Shown: piece by piece, positions 22,450 to 35,644 of the stretch
Position numbering within the stretch: position 1 is the first letter of the stretch
Layout of the letters: each line of letters starts with the position of its first letter
Assembly: GCA_028534125.1 (NCBI GenBank)
Contig: CM052816.1
Coordinates: 78,556,001 to 78,620,000 of the forward strand
Source of the DNA: Lama glama
Lineage: Eukaryota
Reading direction: 5' to 3'
Length of the DNA: 64,000 nt
Translations under genes and position numbers: made by a program
The notes under the pieces: generated by a model
Told to the model about the DNA's origin: nothing
Databases searched by the model: none
Seen by the model: only the letters and a program-made list of their open reading frames with translations

Positions 22450-23328
22450 GTCCCTGTCCTGTTGCCGTCAGATGGATTTCTTGCCCTTTCTGTATCACAG
22501 TTGAGTGAGGGTGGTGTGTGGCTGCATTTCCTGGGTGCTATGGGCTGAACTGTGTCCTGTCATATTCATACATTGAAGCTCCTCAACTTCCAATCTGACT
22601 GTACCTGGAGATGGAGTCTTCAGGAGGTAATTAAACTCTTGGTTAGTTAAAACAGTCAGAACAGATTAAATGAGGTCGCAAAGGTGGGCCTCTAATCCAA
22701 CAGGACTGTGGCCTTATAAGAAGGGGGACCTACCCCCATCAGCCATGTGCGAACACAGAAGGAAGGCAGCCTTCTGCAGATCAGGAGACTCCTCAGCAGA
22801 AACTGACCATGCTGGCCCCTTGATTTTGGACTTTTTAGCCTTAAGAACTGTGAGAAATACGTATCTGCTGTATAAGCCACCCAATCTGTGGTATTTTGTT
22901 ATGGCAGCCTGAGTTGACTAAGACACCAGATTTGCATGTCAGGAGCATCAGGCCAATGGCAGATACAGGAGGAGACTGAAAAGTGGGATGACAGGAAAAG
23001 CCAGAGTATTTCTCTTCTCTCTGCCTCAGCAGCATCGCCGGCCCCTTTCATGACCTCAGCTCCCTGCATTTAGGCTGACTGTGCTTCTAGCTTCTGCTGA
23101 GTAAGTATGGCCCTGTGTTCCAGGAATGCCACCTCCTCCTCCTTTTGTCTTTCTAGCCTAGGGGTGCTGGTGGCTCTCAGCTGTTACTAATCTGTAGGTT
23201 GCCTCACTGTCTCCCATTTCACTTTCAGCTCTTCCATCACCTGTGTTATCAATATCCTGTATTAAATCCCCTCTATTGTTAATATATAACTATGTCTTCT
23301 GTTCTCTACTTGAATTTTGACTAAGACA
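22450..23328 (+). mobile_element. LTR33-like ERV-L LTR split by an MLT1 insertion
   Basis: ggccaatggcagatacaggaggagactg ... ctaggggtgctggtggc ... tcttccatcacctgtgt ... tattaaatcccctct ... gactaagaca. Confidence 0.75.
22536..22925 (+). mobile_element. MaLR solo LTR (MLT1A/B-like) nested in LTR33
   Basis: tgctatgggctgaactgtgtcc ... gtggtattttgttatggcagcctgagttgactaagaca. Confidence 0.9.
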
Positions 23329-23354
23329 AAGAGTAAATTTTAAAATGCACTATT

Positions 23355-23953
23355 ACACCTGGGCATATATCCAGAAAAAATGAAAACTCTAATTCGAGAA
23401 GATAAATATACCCCAGTATTCACAGCAGCACTATTTACAACAGCCAAGACATGGAAGCAACCTAAATGCCCATTGACAGATGACTGGATAAAGAAGCTGT
23501 GGTATATTTATACAATAAGATACTACTCGGCCATAAAAAAGAATGAAATAATGCTATTTGCAGTGACATGGATGGACCTAAAGATTATTATACTAAGTGA
23601 AATGAGTCAAACAAAGATAAATATTATATCACTTACATGTGGAATCTTAAAAAATGATACAAATGAACTTTACATAGACTCACAGACATGCAAAACAAAC
23701 TTATGATTACCAAAGGGGAACGGAGGGGAAGGGATAAATTAGGAGTTTGGAATTAAGAGATATATACTATTATATATAAAATAGATAAACAACAGGGGCC
23801 TATTGTATAGCACAGGGAACTATGTTCAATATCATGTGATAACCCATAATGAAAAAGAATCTGAAAAAGCATATACATACATATGTATAACTGAATCACT
23901 TTGCTCTACACCTGAAACTAACACAACATTGTAAATAAACCACATTTCATAAA
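23355..23953 (+). mobile_element. 5'-truncated L1 3' end
   Basis: ORF 23380-23706 reads as the ORF2 C-terminus ([28 protein letters not shown]). TSD-like: aaaatgcactatt at 23342-23354 and aaaatgtagtatt at 23954-23966. Confidence 0.93.
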
Positions 23954-24557
23954 AAAATGTAGTATTTTGAAGCTATATGTAATGTGCTATACAAGTAATA
24001 ACTATACATACATACAGCTGTCATGCTACACATGTCTGTCATTGTCTGTCCTGCCCATTATGGCTGTGTGATCACATTTATGATGTGTCTTTTTAAATCT
24101 AATTTATTATTGCACAGACCCCCCCAAAGAGGTCCCATCACAGGTCATGTTGTTGATTTAATCACAGTCCCTCTCTCAGAAATTGGAAGTAAGAAATACA
24201 GAGGGACATTCTAGTGGTGGTAGTCACTGGGGCTGAGAAGCCAATCAATGAAGTCTTGTCTGATGACTGTGTTCTAAGTAGGAGATATCTAGTTAAGATA
24301 GCTAGATAAGTAGGAGAATCTAGTTAAGAGTGAGAGGACAAAGGGGCAGGTCACATGGCTCCCGAGAAGTAAGAGAGTGCAGCCTTAGTTCCAGATAACT
24401 TTCCGTTCCCCAGTACCAGTTTTGTACAGAACTGGTATTCCTACTATCATATTTCATGAGATTTGTTTACATGTTTTCCATAATGTATCTGTGTTGCAAC
24501 GAGCTTATTTGAATATCCGTGGTTTTCAGTTCTAACTAGGATACTATATGCATGCCT

Positions 24558-24559
<2 letters not shown>

Positions 24560-24595
<36 letters not shown>
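24560..24595. repeat. (AC)18 microsatellite
   Basis: Read directly from the sequence. Confidence 0.98.
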
Positions 24596-24597
<2 letters not shown>

Positions 24598-26149
24598 CTT
24601 CAGAGTTGTCTTTAAAAATATTTAGTTTGTGATAGGACAAAGAGACAGTTATATGGAATTTCTGTTTAGGACAAACAACATGAACAAACGTTCGTGGATA
24701 AGGGAAATTAGACTCTAGACTATGTCATGGACTGCTCTGCCTGTTTTAACTAACCAAGAGTTTATCAAGATGTCTTAAAGTTTTGGGAGAAATTGGTTTT
24801 AAGTTAAATACAGTTGGTATTTTATAGCCTTTATTCTATATAGTTAGCTAATAATGTTGGTATTCCCTGATGCTTGCTTTAAAATAATATAATTATATCA
24901 TTCAAAACAAAGCATCAGTGGTCATTACATTAAAAACTAGATTTATAAGCACCATGTTTCCTCCATGTCCTGAAGGTCATGCCACCAGGTTTCTGCAGAA
25001 TCAGTTCAGGAACAGAATACAGTTTTAAAAAAGGTGAGGGGGGGCTCTCTCTGGAAACTATCCTATTTGTAATTTCTTAAAGATGAATTTTTGAAATTCA
25101 CTCAGACCACCGAATAGATCTTAACAACCAGACAACACAGTTTTTGTGGTCCCTAAGATCAATGCCAGCTCAGTGTTGGTCTGTCTTGCTATGAGGTATT
25201 TTGCAGTCATCCATTCCCTGCCCAGAGGAATCTTGCTACTGTGATGAACACCACTCCTGTGTTGATCAGTGGTCACATTCTAAAACAGGCTGCAAAGTTT
25301 TTTGATTTCAATGTGAAGTGTAACCAAGAAGGGACTTGGAAGGAAATGTGAAATGAGCTGCCAGAGGAAAGTCTCAGTTATAAAGTTTTAAAAGATATTG
25401 GTCAACTTCACCAATATTTGGAATTTGTCTAAAAGTTGTTTCTTTTAAAACAAAGAGTATTTTCTGAACACAATACTTGTGTGTACTATAGTGGGTTTGT
25501 GCTGACAACACAACTCCATTTGTTGTCAAAGGCAACATACCTCTTAATGAACTTTTTGATCACATATAGTCATGTATTTTTTATTATCTTCAACTATATA
25601 ATTTGAGCTGACATTGACCTTAGAGACCACATAGCCCATGTGAAAAAACAAGAGTTTTTCCCCACTCGCCATTAGATGATATTAATGATGCCTATAATCA
25701 TTTATATGTTATGCATATTTGACGACTATTATAAAATGGTCAAATATTCAAGTTAAGATATAGATGTTATCTTTTGTGTTATCAGAAGCAATCAGTAGTC
25801 ATAAACAGAAACAAGACTCATTCTAGGTTTCTAAACCTGTTTCTATGTCTCTTTTACAGAATCACACTTCTATGAAAAGGTCAGAGGGCAAGTTTTCTAA
25901 AACCTAATTTTGATGACTTAATTTACTAATAATTTAGCTTTCTATGGAATGCTTAAATAATATAATGTAAAATTAGTACCAGAAAAATATTTCTTTAAAA
26001 GATAGGTGTTTTATGCATTTTATAGTTAGATGTTTTAAAATGAAACAAAATAATATTTAAAAAATTTAACTGTAACAGGTGCTGTCCTAGTATTTATGGT
26101 TTTGCATTGCATTGTTGTCAGGATCTGTCTTTGAAGTTCTGTCACTTTT

Positions 26150-26412
26150 CCTTTTTTAAAGTCCCACTCACTCTTCTGACATTGCTTCTGACGTCACCAT
26201 GAGGTGAACATGTTTCATAAGCCCGTTTGTCCCGGGAAGTGGATTTAGAGACATACGGAGCACAGCTGCCTCAGTGGAGCTGTCCCAACAAGCCTGGCCT
26301 AGATCAGCCAACCACAAGGACATGAGCTAATAAATACCAATTGATGTAAGGCTGGTGGAGAATTGTGGTTGGTTGTTAAGTGTCGTTGTTGTAGCCATAG
26401 TTAATTGATACA
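26150..26412 (+). mobile_element. MaLR LTR fragment (MLT1H/I-like)
   Basis: gcctagatcagccaaccacaaggacatgagctaataaa ... gtagccatagttaattgataca. Confidence 0.7.
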
Positions 26413-26619
26413 GCAGTCACGGCAGTTATTACTGAACTCAGTAGTTCCAATAACAGCCTTTTGATTGCCTCTTTTGTGATTATGACAAATGTAATAGCTC
26501 CCCTAGTGGATTAGTTTATGGTGTTCTGGGAATCATTCTATAAGCCCAGTCTAGAGTTTGCTGCTCCAGTGTGTCAAACAGATTTTAAATATCTAATTCC
26601 CTCTCTGCTTGAAATAACT

Positions 26620-27370
26620 ATACAACCTCACATCCGTTAGGATGGCTACTCTGGGAGAACAAAACAGAAAAAACAAGTGTTGGTAAGAATGTGAAGACAG
26701 TGAAACACTTTCACACTGTCATTGGGAATGTAAAAATGATACAGCTGCTATAGAAAACAGTATGGCAGTTCCTCACAAAGCTCAAAATAGAATTACCGCA
26801 TGATCCAGCAATTCCACTTCTGGATATATACCCAAAAGACTTGAAAGCAGGGACCTGAAGAGATACTTGTACACCCACGTTCATAGCAGCAATATTCACA
26901 ATAGCCAAGGGGAGGAAGCAATCTAAGTGTCCATTAACAGATAAATGAATAAACAAACTGTTGTACATATAGACACCGGAAAATTATTTAGACTTAAAAA
27001 AGAAGGAAATTCTGACACGTGCTAAAACATGGATGAACCTAGAGGACATTATATTGAGTGAAATAAGCCAGTCACAAAAGGACAAATGTTGTATAATTCA
27101 ATTTACATGAGTAATCAAATTCAAAGAGACAAAGTAAAATGGTGATTTCCAGGGACTGGACAGAAGGCGGATTGGGTATTATTGTTTAATGGGCACAGAG
27201 TTTCAGTTTTGCAAAATGGAAAGAGTTCTGGAGATGGATGGTGGCGGTGCTTATACAATAATGTAAACGTACTTAATACCACTGAACTGTACACTCAAGA
27301 ATGGCTAAGGCGGTACATTTCATGTTATGTCTCTTACCACTATTAAAAATAACTTTAAAATGAAAAAAGA
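26620..27370 (+). mobile_element. L1MB-like 3' region, apparently inserted into an older LTR end
   Basis: gaattaccgcatgatccagcaattccacttctgg ... aagagttctggagatggatggtggcg ... ccactgaactgtacact. The flanks aattccctctctgcttgaaataacta and gagagatttaattttctgcactaaaacctgagtgattca join into an LTR-type 3' end. Confidence 0.9.
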
Positions 27371-29270
27371 AAACTAGAGAGATTTAATTTTCTGCACTAA
27401 AACCTGAGTGATTCACCAGATGAGAGCAGAGACCACTGGGAAGGACCATACCAATCATTCAGAATGCTTCCACGTTTAATGTCAGGAATGACATTTGGCC
27501 CCCCGTCCCACCCAGGAGAGGCTGGTTGAAGTAGGGACCTTCTTTTTGATCACAAAGTTTCTTCCTAATCTAAGTGAAAAATAGAAATTAGAGATTTCAG
27601 TCTTACAGTCTCTCATGGCGGCAAAGTTGTTTTCCTCAATAGGAACTTCTTTGGTGGCTGATACATACTGGTTATCACACCTAGCAATTCAAAGGGATGA
27701 GTGTCCACCCTGGTGAGGGTATTGTACACACCACACAGACCCGGAAACTCATGGAGTCTTCCTGGTGGGGCTCCGTGTTCCATGTGAGGCCACCCATATC
27801 TGCGTCACCTATTCTGTAGGAGAAGAGTCATGCCACTTCTTCAGACTTCCCCCGAATCACTGGCATCTGGGACTTGAGTTTCAGAGAATTATAAAGCTTG
27901 AAAATGGACCAGGATTCCCTCCCAGTGAATCCCAGCAGGAAAAATCAAGATGTCCTAGTGTGGTAAACTGAGGTGGGTGTGAGGTCGGTGGTGGGAACAA
28001 AGAACAGGTGTGGAAAAAGCAAAGCCAAAGGGTGGAAGATAATTACTAGAAGAAGAAACGTGGAACCCAGCTTTTACTTTTACTGAGCGCTTGTGCTGGT
28101 TATACAATGTGTGATGAGTCAGTATGGGTTAAAGTCACAGTTGGAGGTAAACCTTAAATTGCCTTGGTTTTCTTACAAGAAACTTACCTTACTAAAATTG
28201 GTAAGATTCATTTTGGCCCTGAATCATTCTCCTTTCACCTTCTGCATTAAAACTGAATACATTAAAAGGATAAAGTCACTGCAGGTGAAGGTTGGCTGGA
28301 GGAGTTACTCTGGGCTCTGTCTCCCACTCTCCCTATCAAAGTTTGTTCCTCCTGTTTCCTGTCTTGTTGACTCCATACCCATAGTATCCCTGCATCACCC
28401 AGAGGACTGACAGCTCTGGCCCTAACCTTGAGGAACTCATCATCTGGTTGAGGAGACAGCCGTATAAACAGATTCAGAGAGTAGATAACAAGTGCTGAAT
28501 GAAACAGGGACATAACTTAAGTGCTTGGAAACAGAAGACAAAGCAGCTCATTCTGTTTGGGGCCATTGAAGATGGATGATCACAAAGGCCCTGAAGGATG
28601 AAGAGGAGATATCCGAGCTGAGAGGTGGGGCAGGGACATTTCAGGCAGAAGGACCACAAGTCTTCTCTGCCTACTTGTGATTCTTGGGATTTTAATTTTT
28701 AGGCAAGTAAACATTGTGGGGCTGGTTGTGAACTTGGAAAGACTCCTCATGTGTTCCTTGACAGATATTGGGGAAAGAGAATCCACTTGGAAAGCTGGTG
28801 TTTTAGAAAAAAAAATTTTTAAGTTAACTCTTTGAGAAATCATCTCTGATATGTAGCTTCTAAAAAAATAGGCATTTATTTATTTCATATGAATTGAGAA
28901 CTTTAATGCATCAGCTGCATAATTTGAAGGTAATAGCCTCACATTAGTGAGGGTCAAAGCATAAATACAAAGTCAACTTGATGTGTACATTGCTTTTTGA
29001 TTAAAGAGACAGAATACCCAGAGTTCAAATTTCAAAAGCAATTATCAAACAAGTTTGGGCAAGGTATGATTTCAGGCCCTGGTTTTTCGTCTAAAAATCC
29101 ACTGATTTTTTAATGAAGATTTTCATCTCTTAAAGTATTATTATTAAGTGACGATTCTGGAGAGTTTTGAGCCAGGAGTGATGCTGTTACCCTTGTTGCA
29201 GGGCTAAACAAATATTGAAGACCCTTTTCATTTTCTTTTTTGATAGGAAAGTTTTAAAAGTTTAGGGATG

Positions 29271-29847
29271 CTTCAAGAGCATAAGATATTGTTTCATTTC
29301 TTTGTATTATCTTCAATTTCCTTCATCAGTGTTTTACAGTTTTCAGAGTATAGGTAACCTTGGGTAAGTTTATTTCTAGGTATTTTGTTGTTTTTGATGC
29401 CATGGAGATGTTTATGCCAGTTATAAAATTCTGGTTCTTGAAGTGAAAAAAAAAATGAATGAAGGGCTGCAAATGGCAAAATACCCTTCTTTCTTATGGG
29501 TGAGTTGTATTCCATTGCATGTATGTGGCACATCTTCTTTATCCATTCATCTATTGATGTGCACTTGGGATGCTTCCATGTTTTGGCAGTTATAAATAAT
29601 GTTGCTGTTAATAGCTGGGTGTATGTATCTTTTTGAATAATTCTTATTTTGTGGTTGGTTTTATTCCTTTGATAACTATGTAAGTTTAAAAAGCTAAAGT
29701 GCTAAACGTTCTTATAAACCATGAACAGTACATATATGTAAATTAAAAAATATGTGCAGTATATTGTGTATATGTATTTACATGCAATATATTGAATATG
29801 TGCAGTCAAACTGTAACAATTCTAACCTAATAAAACTGAAAAATGAA
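29271..29847 (+). mobile_element. TSD-flanked polyadenylated mosaic retrocopy containing antisense L1 pieces
   Basis: TSD: aaaagtttagggatg at 29256-29270 and aaaaatttagggatg at 29848-29862. AATAAA at 29829-29834. Antisense L1 pieces at about 29271-29400 and 29465-29640. Confidence 0.7.
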
Positions 29848-30494
29848 AAAAATTTAGGGATGTTTTTCATTGCAGTTATGGTTAATATGAAAATTTTTTC
29901 ACTTGAATATTTGTATTTGAAAGAGATCTGACATTTGTAGGAGATTAGATACTATGAGGGAATATGCTAATAATTAATATGTAGCTCTGCCCAGTTGTGC
30001 CATTTATTAGGAGCCCGTGGGTGGGTTAAATTCTGGGTTACCATAGTTGGTAAGGTTCTTCTTTGCCAAAACTTTGCTTTTTTCTTCTTCTTCAGCCATC
30101 TTTCTTTTGCCACCGGTGGGAAATTATTTTATCTCTTGGGAGTTATATTTGAAAAAGTCATATATTATTTAGGGAACAGATTAGGTTGCTATAAAAAGGA
30201 GACCCCAAAATACCATAGCTTAAGCAAGACAGACTATTCCTCTCCCACATGGAAGTCTGGAGAGGCATTCTGGTGACACTATAACCTCTCCATGGTGTCA
30301 GGCACCCTGTCTTGTTACCCAGCGTTATCAACACTCAGGTTCTAGCCCTTGTTTGAAAATGCTGTTTCAGCTAGTGATCAATTTGTTGTACAACCAATGA
30401 AGATTCAGATTCAGGATCTTTCACTTGCATTTGTCCTTCCCCCATGTTATGCAATGTTGGAGGGGCTGCAGGCTTTTCCAGGACATGACGGTAG

Positions 30495-30880
30495 GGATAA
30501 TTTTTGTGCCATCAGGATCCCTTTGGCCATTTGGTGAAGCCTATGGACCCCTTCTCAGAATAATGTTTTTTAAAAGCTTAATGTAAAACACATAGGATTA
30601 CAAAGGAAACTAATTATATTAAAGATCAGTCATCAAAATACTAAAAAGTTTGTGTGATATACAAATGTATGTGCTTCTTTATTAATGCATTAAACATTAA
30701 GATCTAGTGATGGGACTAATAACTGCCAAATTTGGAAGTAGTAATAAACATTAATGATATTTCACGTATTTGCATTAATTGTAACGTCATATGAACATGT
30801 CTAATTTCTACTGTTGACAAAGTCACAGGTAAAGCAAATATGACCATGCTTTATTGTTTAAATTTATAGTGGAGGGAAAA
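30495..30880. mobile_element. hAT DNA transposon relic (MER96B-like)
   Basis: ggtgaagcctatggaccccttctcagaataatgtttt ... ataggattacaaaggaaactaattatatt. Confidence 0.75.
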
Positions 30881-33800
30881 AACAATAAAAGTTACACACC
30901 CCACAAGGAGATCTGAGTGGTGCATTTTCATGGATTCTATACTGGTTTTGTAATTAAGAGAGAACAATTATCCTTGTATTTAATTGTGCTCATTTTCCAT
31001 CTCAGTTTCTTGCTGCGTTAATTTCTTTTCATTTTCATCAACGTATACTGATTATCTCAGTGCTTTCCTCTGTCAGTTTTTTAAACATACTTTTTTTTTT
31101 TACGTATTTATTTGTTTTCTGATGATATTATTTTAGTTCTCCATTTTTCCGTATATACACAAGCCTTCTTTTTATTTCATTTTGGTCTTTTATTTGATCT
31201 CTTGCTCTCTTTAGTTCATATTCTTATTCATTTTTTATACAGTGAAGTAAGTTCAAGAAATTTCCTCTAGTCCTTGAATTAGGTTTTTTCTTGGTTTGAG
31301 CTTGAGCTTCTTGTCGTTTTTTCAATGCTTCCTTCTGCCCCCTCTCTTTTGATTTTCATTCTTTCCTTCTTCCTTTTAAAAGTTTTCCAGATTAGCCTTT
31401 CATGGTTGTCATGCTATTCTGTCTCATGCTTGGCTCTGTTCAGGCATACATTCTATTCGTTCCCATATAATGCAAGTGATTTCTTGACACTTTGCTGAGA
31501 TCACTTTTCCTCTCTGACTTGTGAGGTGGGGCTGGAGGGTTTGGTTCTCCATTTACTCTTCTGTGGCCTGAGGAAACGGAGCCTGTGGCGTGACTGTGTG
31601 TGTGTTAGGAGGAGGCGGTGTCTTCGTCCTCTCCCCTAGGTTTTTTGAGAACCAAGTTTCACTCCGCCTCTGTTGGGTAGGTGTACCATTCCAATGGGGC
31701 ATACTATGTGCAGCACTTATTAATCTTCACTGGTTAAAGAAAACTAGCCTTGCTCTTCATTTTCCTTGTTTCATCCTCTTCTTTTCCAGTTTCCACTACT
31801 CCTTAGTGAAAAGAAGAATTTAAGAAGAAGAGCAAGAGAAAGACAGAAGTGGTTGCTCAGTTTGCTTTCCTCCAGACTTGAGATCAGTGAGAATTCTCAG
31901 GATTCGTTACAATGTGTAGATGGTGGAGGTGGGGTTGCCTGAAACCACTTACTCCTCTGCTCACCACCAGAAGCTCCTGTTTCTTTCTTGGGACACCTGT
32001 TTCTGAGGTTTATAGCGTTAGCTTAAACAACTTTTCTTGTTTGGGGGTTGCTAGAAAAATTTTTGGTTATTCTGTTAGGTAAAGTAGGTTAGAAGTTTGT
32101 TGAAGAAATTTCAGTCTCCCAAAAGTCTGAGCCTTAGTTTTCTGAGTGATAAAATGGACTTAACAATATCTATTCACTGAGTTGTTATAATGGTAAAATG
32201 GACTGGTGTTTGCACAGTGCCTACAGAGTATTTGGTGTGAAGAAGGTAGGTAGTAATTAATGGAATGCATTTAATTTAAATAAAATGAATCATTTGTTAA
32301 GGATACCCACAAAGTTGGAAAAAATAGATAACATGAATAACTATAGTAGTATCTCTAATGTATTATAAACATGAAATACATACATTATTTACAAATCACC
32401 CCCTCAAGATATATCCATATTTCTAATACGTCAAATACTAATACTTCTATTACTAGCAAAGAGCACAATATCAATTCAAACATCCAAAACAAGTGTTATG
32501 CTTAGGCCATTAACTTAAGATTGACCTCTAACTTATTTCCTAAATTATGATCTTTTTAAATGAGTTGGGAGAATCAGGAGAAATCACAGTCACCTAGGAA
32601 ACATGTCAACACATTTGTAACCAATTCTTGATTAACCACATGGGGATTTTCTGCATGTTTGATTAGCAATGCCTTCCAGATGATGCCCAGAAAACAAGAA
32701 AAGATTATGCTATTTGGTATTATGCAAATCAATGGGGTTTTTATTATTATTATTATTAATGAAATCTAGACCAGATGGTGATTCCCAGGCAAACCTTCCT
32801 ACTTAGGAGAGTCTATAACCAGACCGTCTCTTTCCACACCAACCCCACATTAGAAATCTGTGCTGTCTTTTCCACACACCTTCTGGAAGGATGACACATT
32901 TGCCTTTATTACACAGAAAATGAAAGGAAATAGGGAAATCCTTGTAGATCTACTTGGTCAAAGAATCAAATACATGTATTTGATAAAAATCAAAAATATA
33001 AATTTAAAGAGCTACAGAGAGGACAACATGAACTTTTCCCTCCATGCTTTCTTCCTCCCTTGTCTTTCCCTTGTATGATTGTAAATTCCTTTGCTGGAAG
33101 GAATTCAGTCTTACCCATCTTTTTATTCTTCTTTCTGACCCAATCACCTAGCGTAGTGACTGGCATACAGTAGATGTGCAAATCCTTTTTGAAGAAATCA
33201 ACATGTATTTTTAATGTGTGAGCTGAATAAACACTCCAGTCTAATTTACAGACATCATTTATTGAGCTTGTCAGATGTAAATATTTTTAACGTTTTCTGA
33301 GGAACTATAGATGTAATTAGAGGACTGTACTACTAATCATTGTCTAATACTACCAGAGGAGTCGCTGTCACGACTGTTGTTAGAGACTAGACTATTTCCA
33401 AGCTTCCTTATAGTTAGGGTCAAGTGTATCATTTTGCCACATTCTACTAGGGAGACTAGATTCTAGAAGTCATTGGAGAGGATACTGTGGATGCAGACAG
33501 CATATCTTGACCAGGTATTGACAGTATTCATAGTATGACTATTAGAGATGCCTCAGATTTCATAGCTGTGTCCTGACAATAACCTTTTGTCAAGAAAGTA
33601 AATGAATCATTTTTATTATTGGGGTGTGTGTGCAGGTCTGTGTATTAAACGGTACACTTGACCAATGATGTTACAGCTCAACAGTCCAGAAAAAGTTATG
33701 ACTCATATTTTTTGGGGTGTTCCCTTTTTTGGTTGATGGGTGGCTTACGTAAGCCAAGGCTATTGCATTCTCCAAAATTAACAGGTGTGTAACTACACAT

Positions 33801-34637
33801 TGTGGTTTAATACACCTCCTTCCACAATTATAGCATTATTTAGAGTCAAAGGGTATCTAGGTGCTGGAGAATCTTTGCACTTCCCAGTCTCCATGCCATT
33901 GCTTATCCTCGTCCTTCTACAGTGAATGCCATCTGTTGTCCCCATGTATCTGTTGAGGTGATTTCTATCCTTTAAAGCCCATGTCAAATGCACACAGTGC
34001 TTTTCATTATAGCACCAATTACCCTAGACAGCTTTTAAAATGAAAAACATGTATATGTATTTCAAGTAAAGGTAGGAAGCCAACCAGGCACAGGCAGAGC
34101 AAGCAGCATGAAGTACTTTGTAAAGATGAATCAGTAATAAACCTGTGCTGGGAATGTATCTTTAGAATTCAGCATCCTTACTTCATTCACTATTATCTTT
34201 CACGTTCTAGGATTTTCCACTTATTTTAGGTAGGTTGAAGTGCGGATGTGAGCTGTAGCTTGTGGTGTCTTGCATATAACTCTTGAAAATTGTTAGGGGT
34301 GCACATTGGACATAAAAGAAAACCAGTTGGGTCAAGCGAAATGAGCTGGAAGATTTTTAATTAGCTTTGAAATGATTGCCAGCCAGGCTGATACTATTTT
34401 TCTTCAGATGACCAGATCTCACTCTCATTAGCTACATTAATCCATTAATTAATACAAGGAAATTTAGTGGGCACTTATTCTATGCCAGTAACTGTGCTTG
34501 CTACTGGACCCTGTGCTAAGTGCTGTATCACCATTACTGATATGGGGACTGTGGACAGGGTTTATGAAACAAGCATAGCATTTAAATTTCTTTTAATTTT
34601 AAAATTATGATTTGGGACATTAAAACAAATATGAATA

Positions 34638-34845
34638 AGAAAAAAAATATTTTGTATTTCCCTGCCTCCTTCTCCCACTCTCAGTGATTTGTATGTTTTC
34701 TTTATTTGTAATTCATGAGTTATCACCTTTCCAGTTGTGAGTTTCTCATTTCTGTAGCATCCTGCTGCTTTTCTATTTAGAATAGCCCTTTCAATATTTC
34801 TTTTAGCGTGGGTTTAGTGTTGCTAAACTCCTGCAGCTTTTTTTT
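34638..34845 (-). mobile_element. Inverted 5' segment of a young L1 (ORF1 C-terminus plus start of the inter-ORF spacer)
   Basis: The minus strand encodes KLQEFSNTKPTLKEILKGLF* (stop at 34777-34779), the conserved L1 ORF1p C-terminus. Confidence 0.85.
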
Positions 34846-35144
34846 TTCTTTTTTTCTTTTTAAAATTTTTTTTTAATAGTAGGATGGGTTTGAGATCATG
34901 TTACTATCAGTTTAATAAAAACAGTTATAGTAATGGGTTAATAGATTTACAAAAAAGGGTAACCACAAGTCAAAAATTTACAAGGGAGTCACAAAAATTA
35001 AATAAAATCCATGATAATACAAAGGAAAATTACCAAACCACAAAAGGCAGAAGAAAGGAACAAAGAGGATATACCAATTCAACTGCAAAGATAAGTTCAA
35101 AATGGCAATAAACACACATCTATCATTAATTACTGTAAATGTTA
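34846..35144 (+). mobile_element. Young L1 sense segment: inter-ORF spacer and ORF2 start, running into the gap
   Basis: The ATG at 35102 gives MAINTHLSLITVNV, the N-terminus of the L1 ORF2p APE endonuclease (S-x-I-T-x-N-V-N motif). Confidence 0.9.
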
Positions 35145-35644
35145 NNNNNNNNNNNNNNNNNNNNNNNNNNNNNNNNNNNNNNNNNNNNNNNNNNNNNNNN
35201 NNNNNNNNNNNNNNNNNNNNNNNNNNNNNNNNNNNNNNNNNNNNNNNNNNNNNNNNNNNNNNNNNNNNNNNNNNNNNNNNNNNNNNNNNNNNNNNNNNNN
35301 NNNNNNNNNNNNNNNNNNNNNNNNNNNNNNNNNNNNNNNNNNNNNNNNNNNNNNNNNNNNNNNNNNNNNNNNNNNNNNNNNNNNNNNNNNNNNNNNNNNN
35401 NNNNNNNNNNNNNNNNNNNNNNNNNNNNNNNNNNNNNNNNNNNNNNNNNNNNNNNNNNNNNNNNNNNNNNNNNNNNNNNNNNNNNNNNNNNNNNNNNNNN
35501 NNNNNNNNNNNNNNNNNNNNNNNNNNNNNNNNNNNNNNNNNNNNNNNNNNNNNNNNNNNNNNNNNNNNNNNNNNNNNNNNNNNNNNNNNNNNNNNNNNNN
35601 NNNNNNNNNNNNNNNNNNNNNNNNNNNNNNNNNNNNNNNNNNNN
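35145..35644. other. Assembly gap (500 N)
   Basis: Run of exactly 500 n, a round placeholder size. Confidence 1.
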
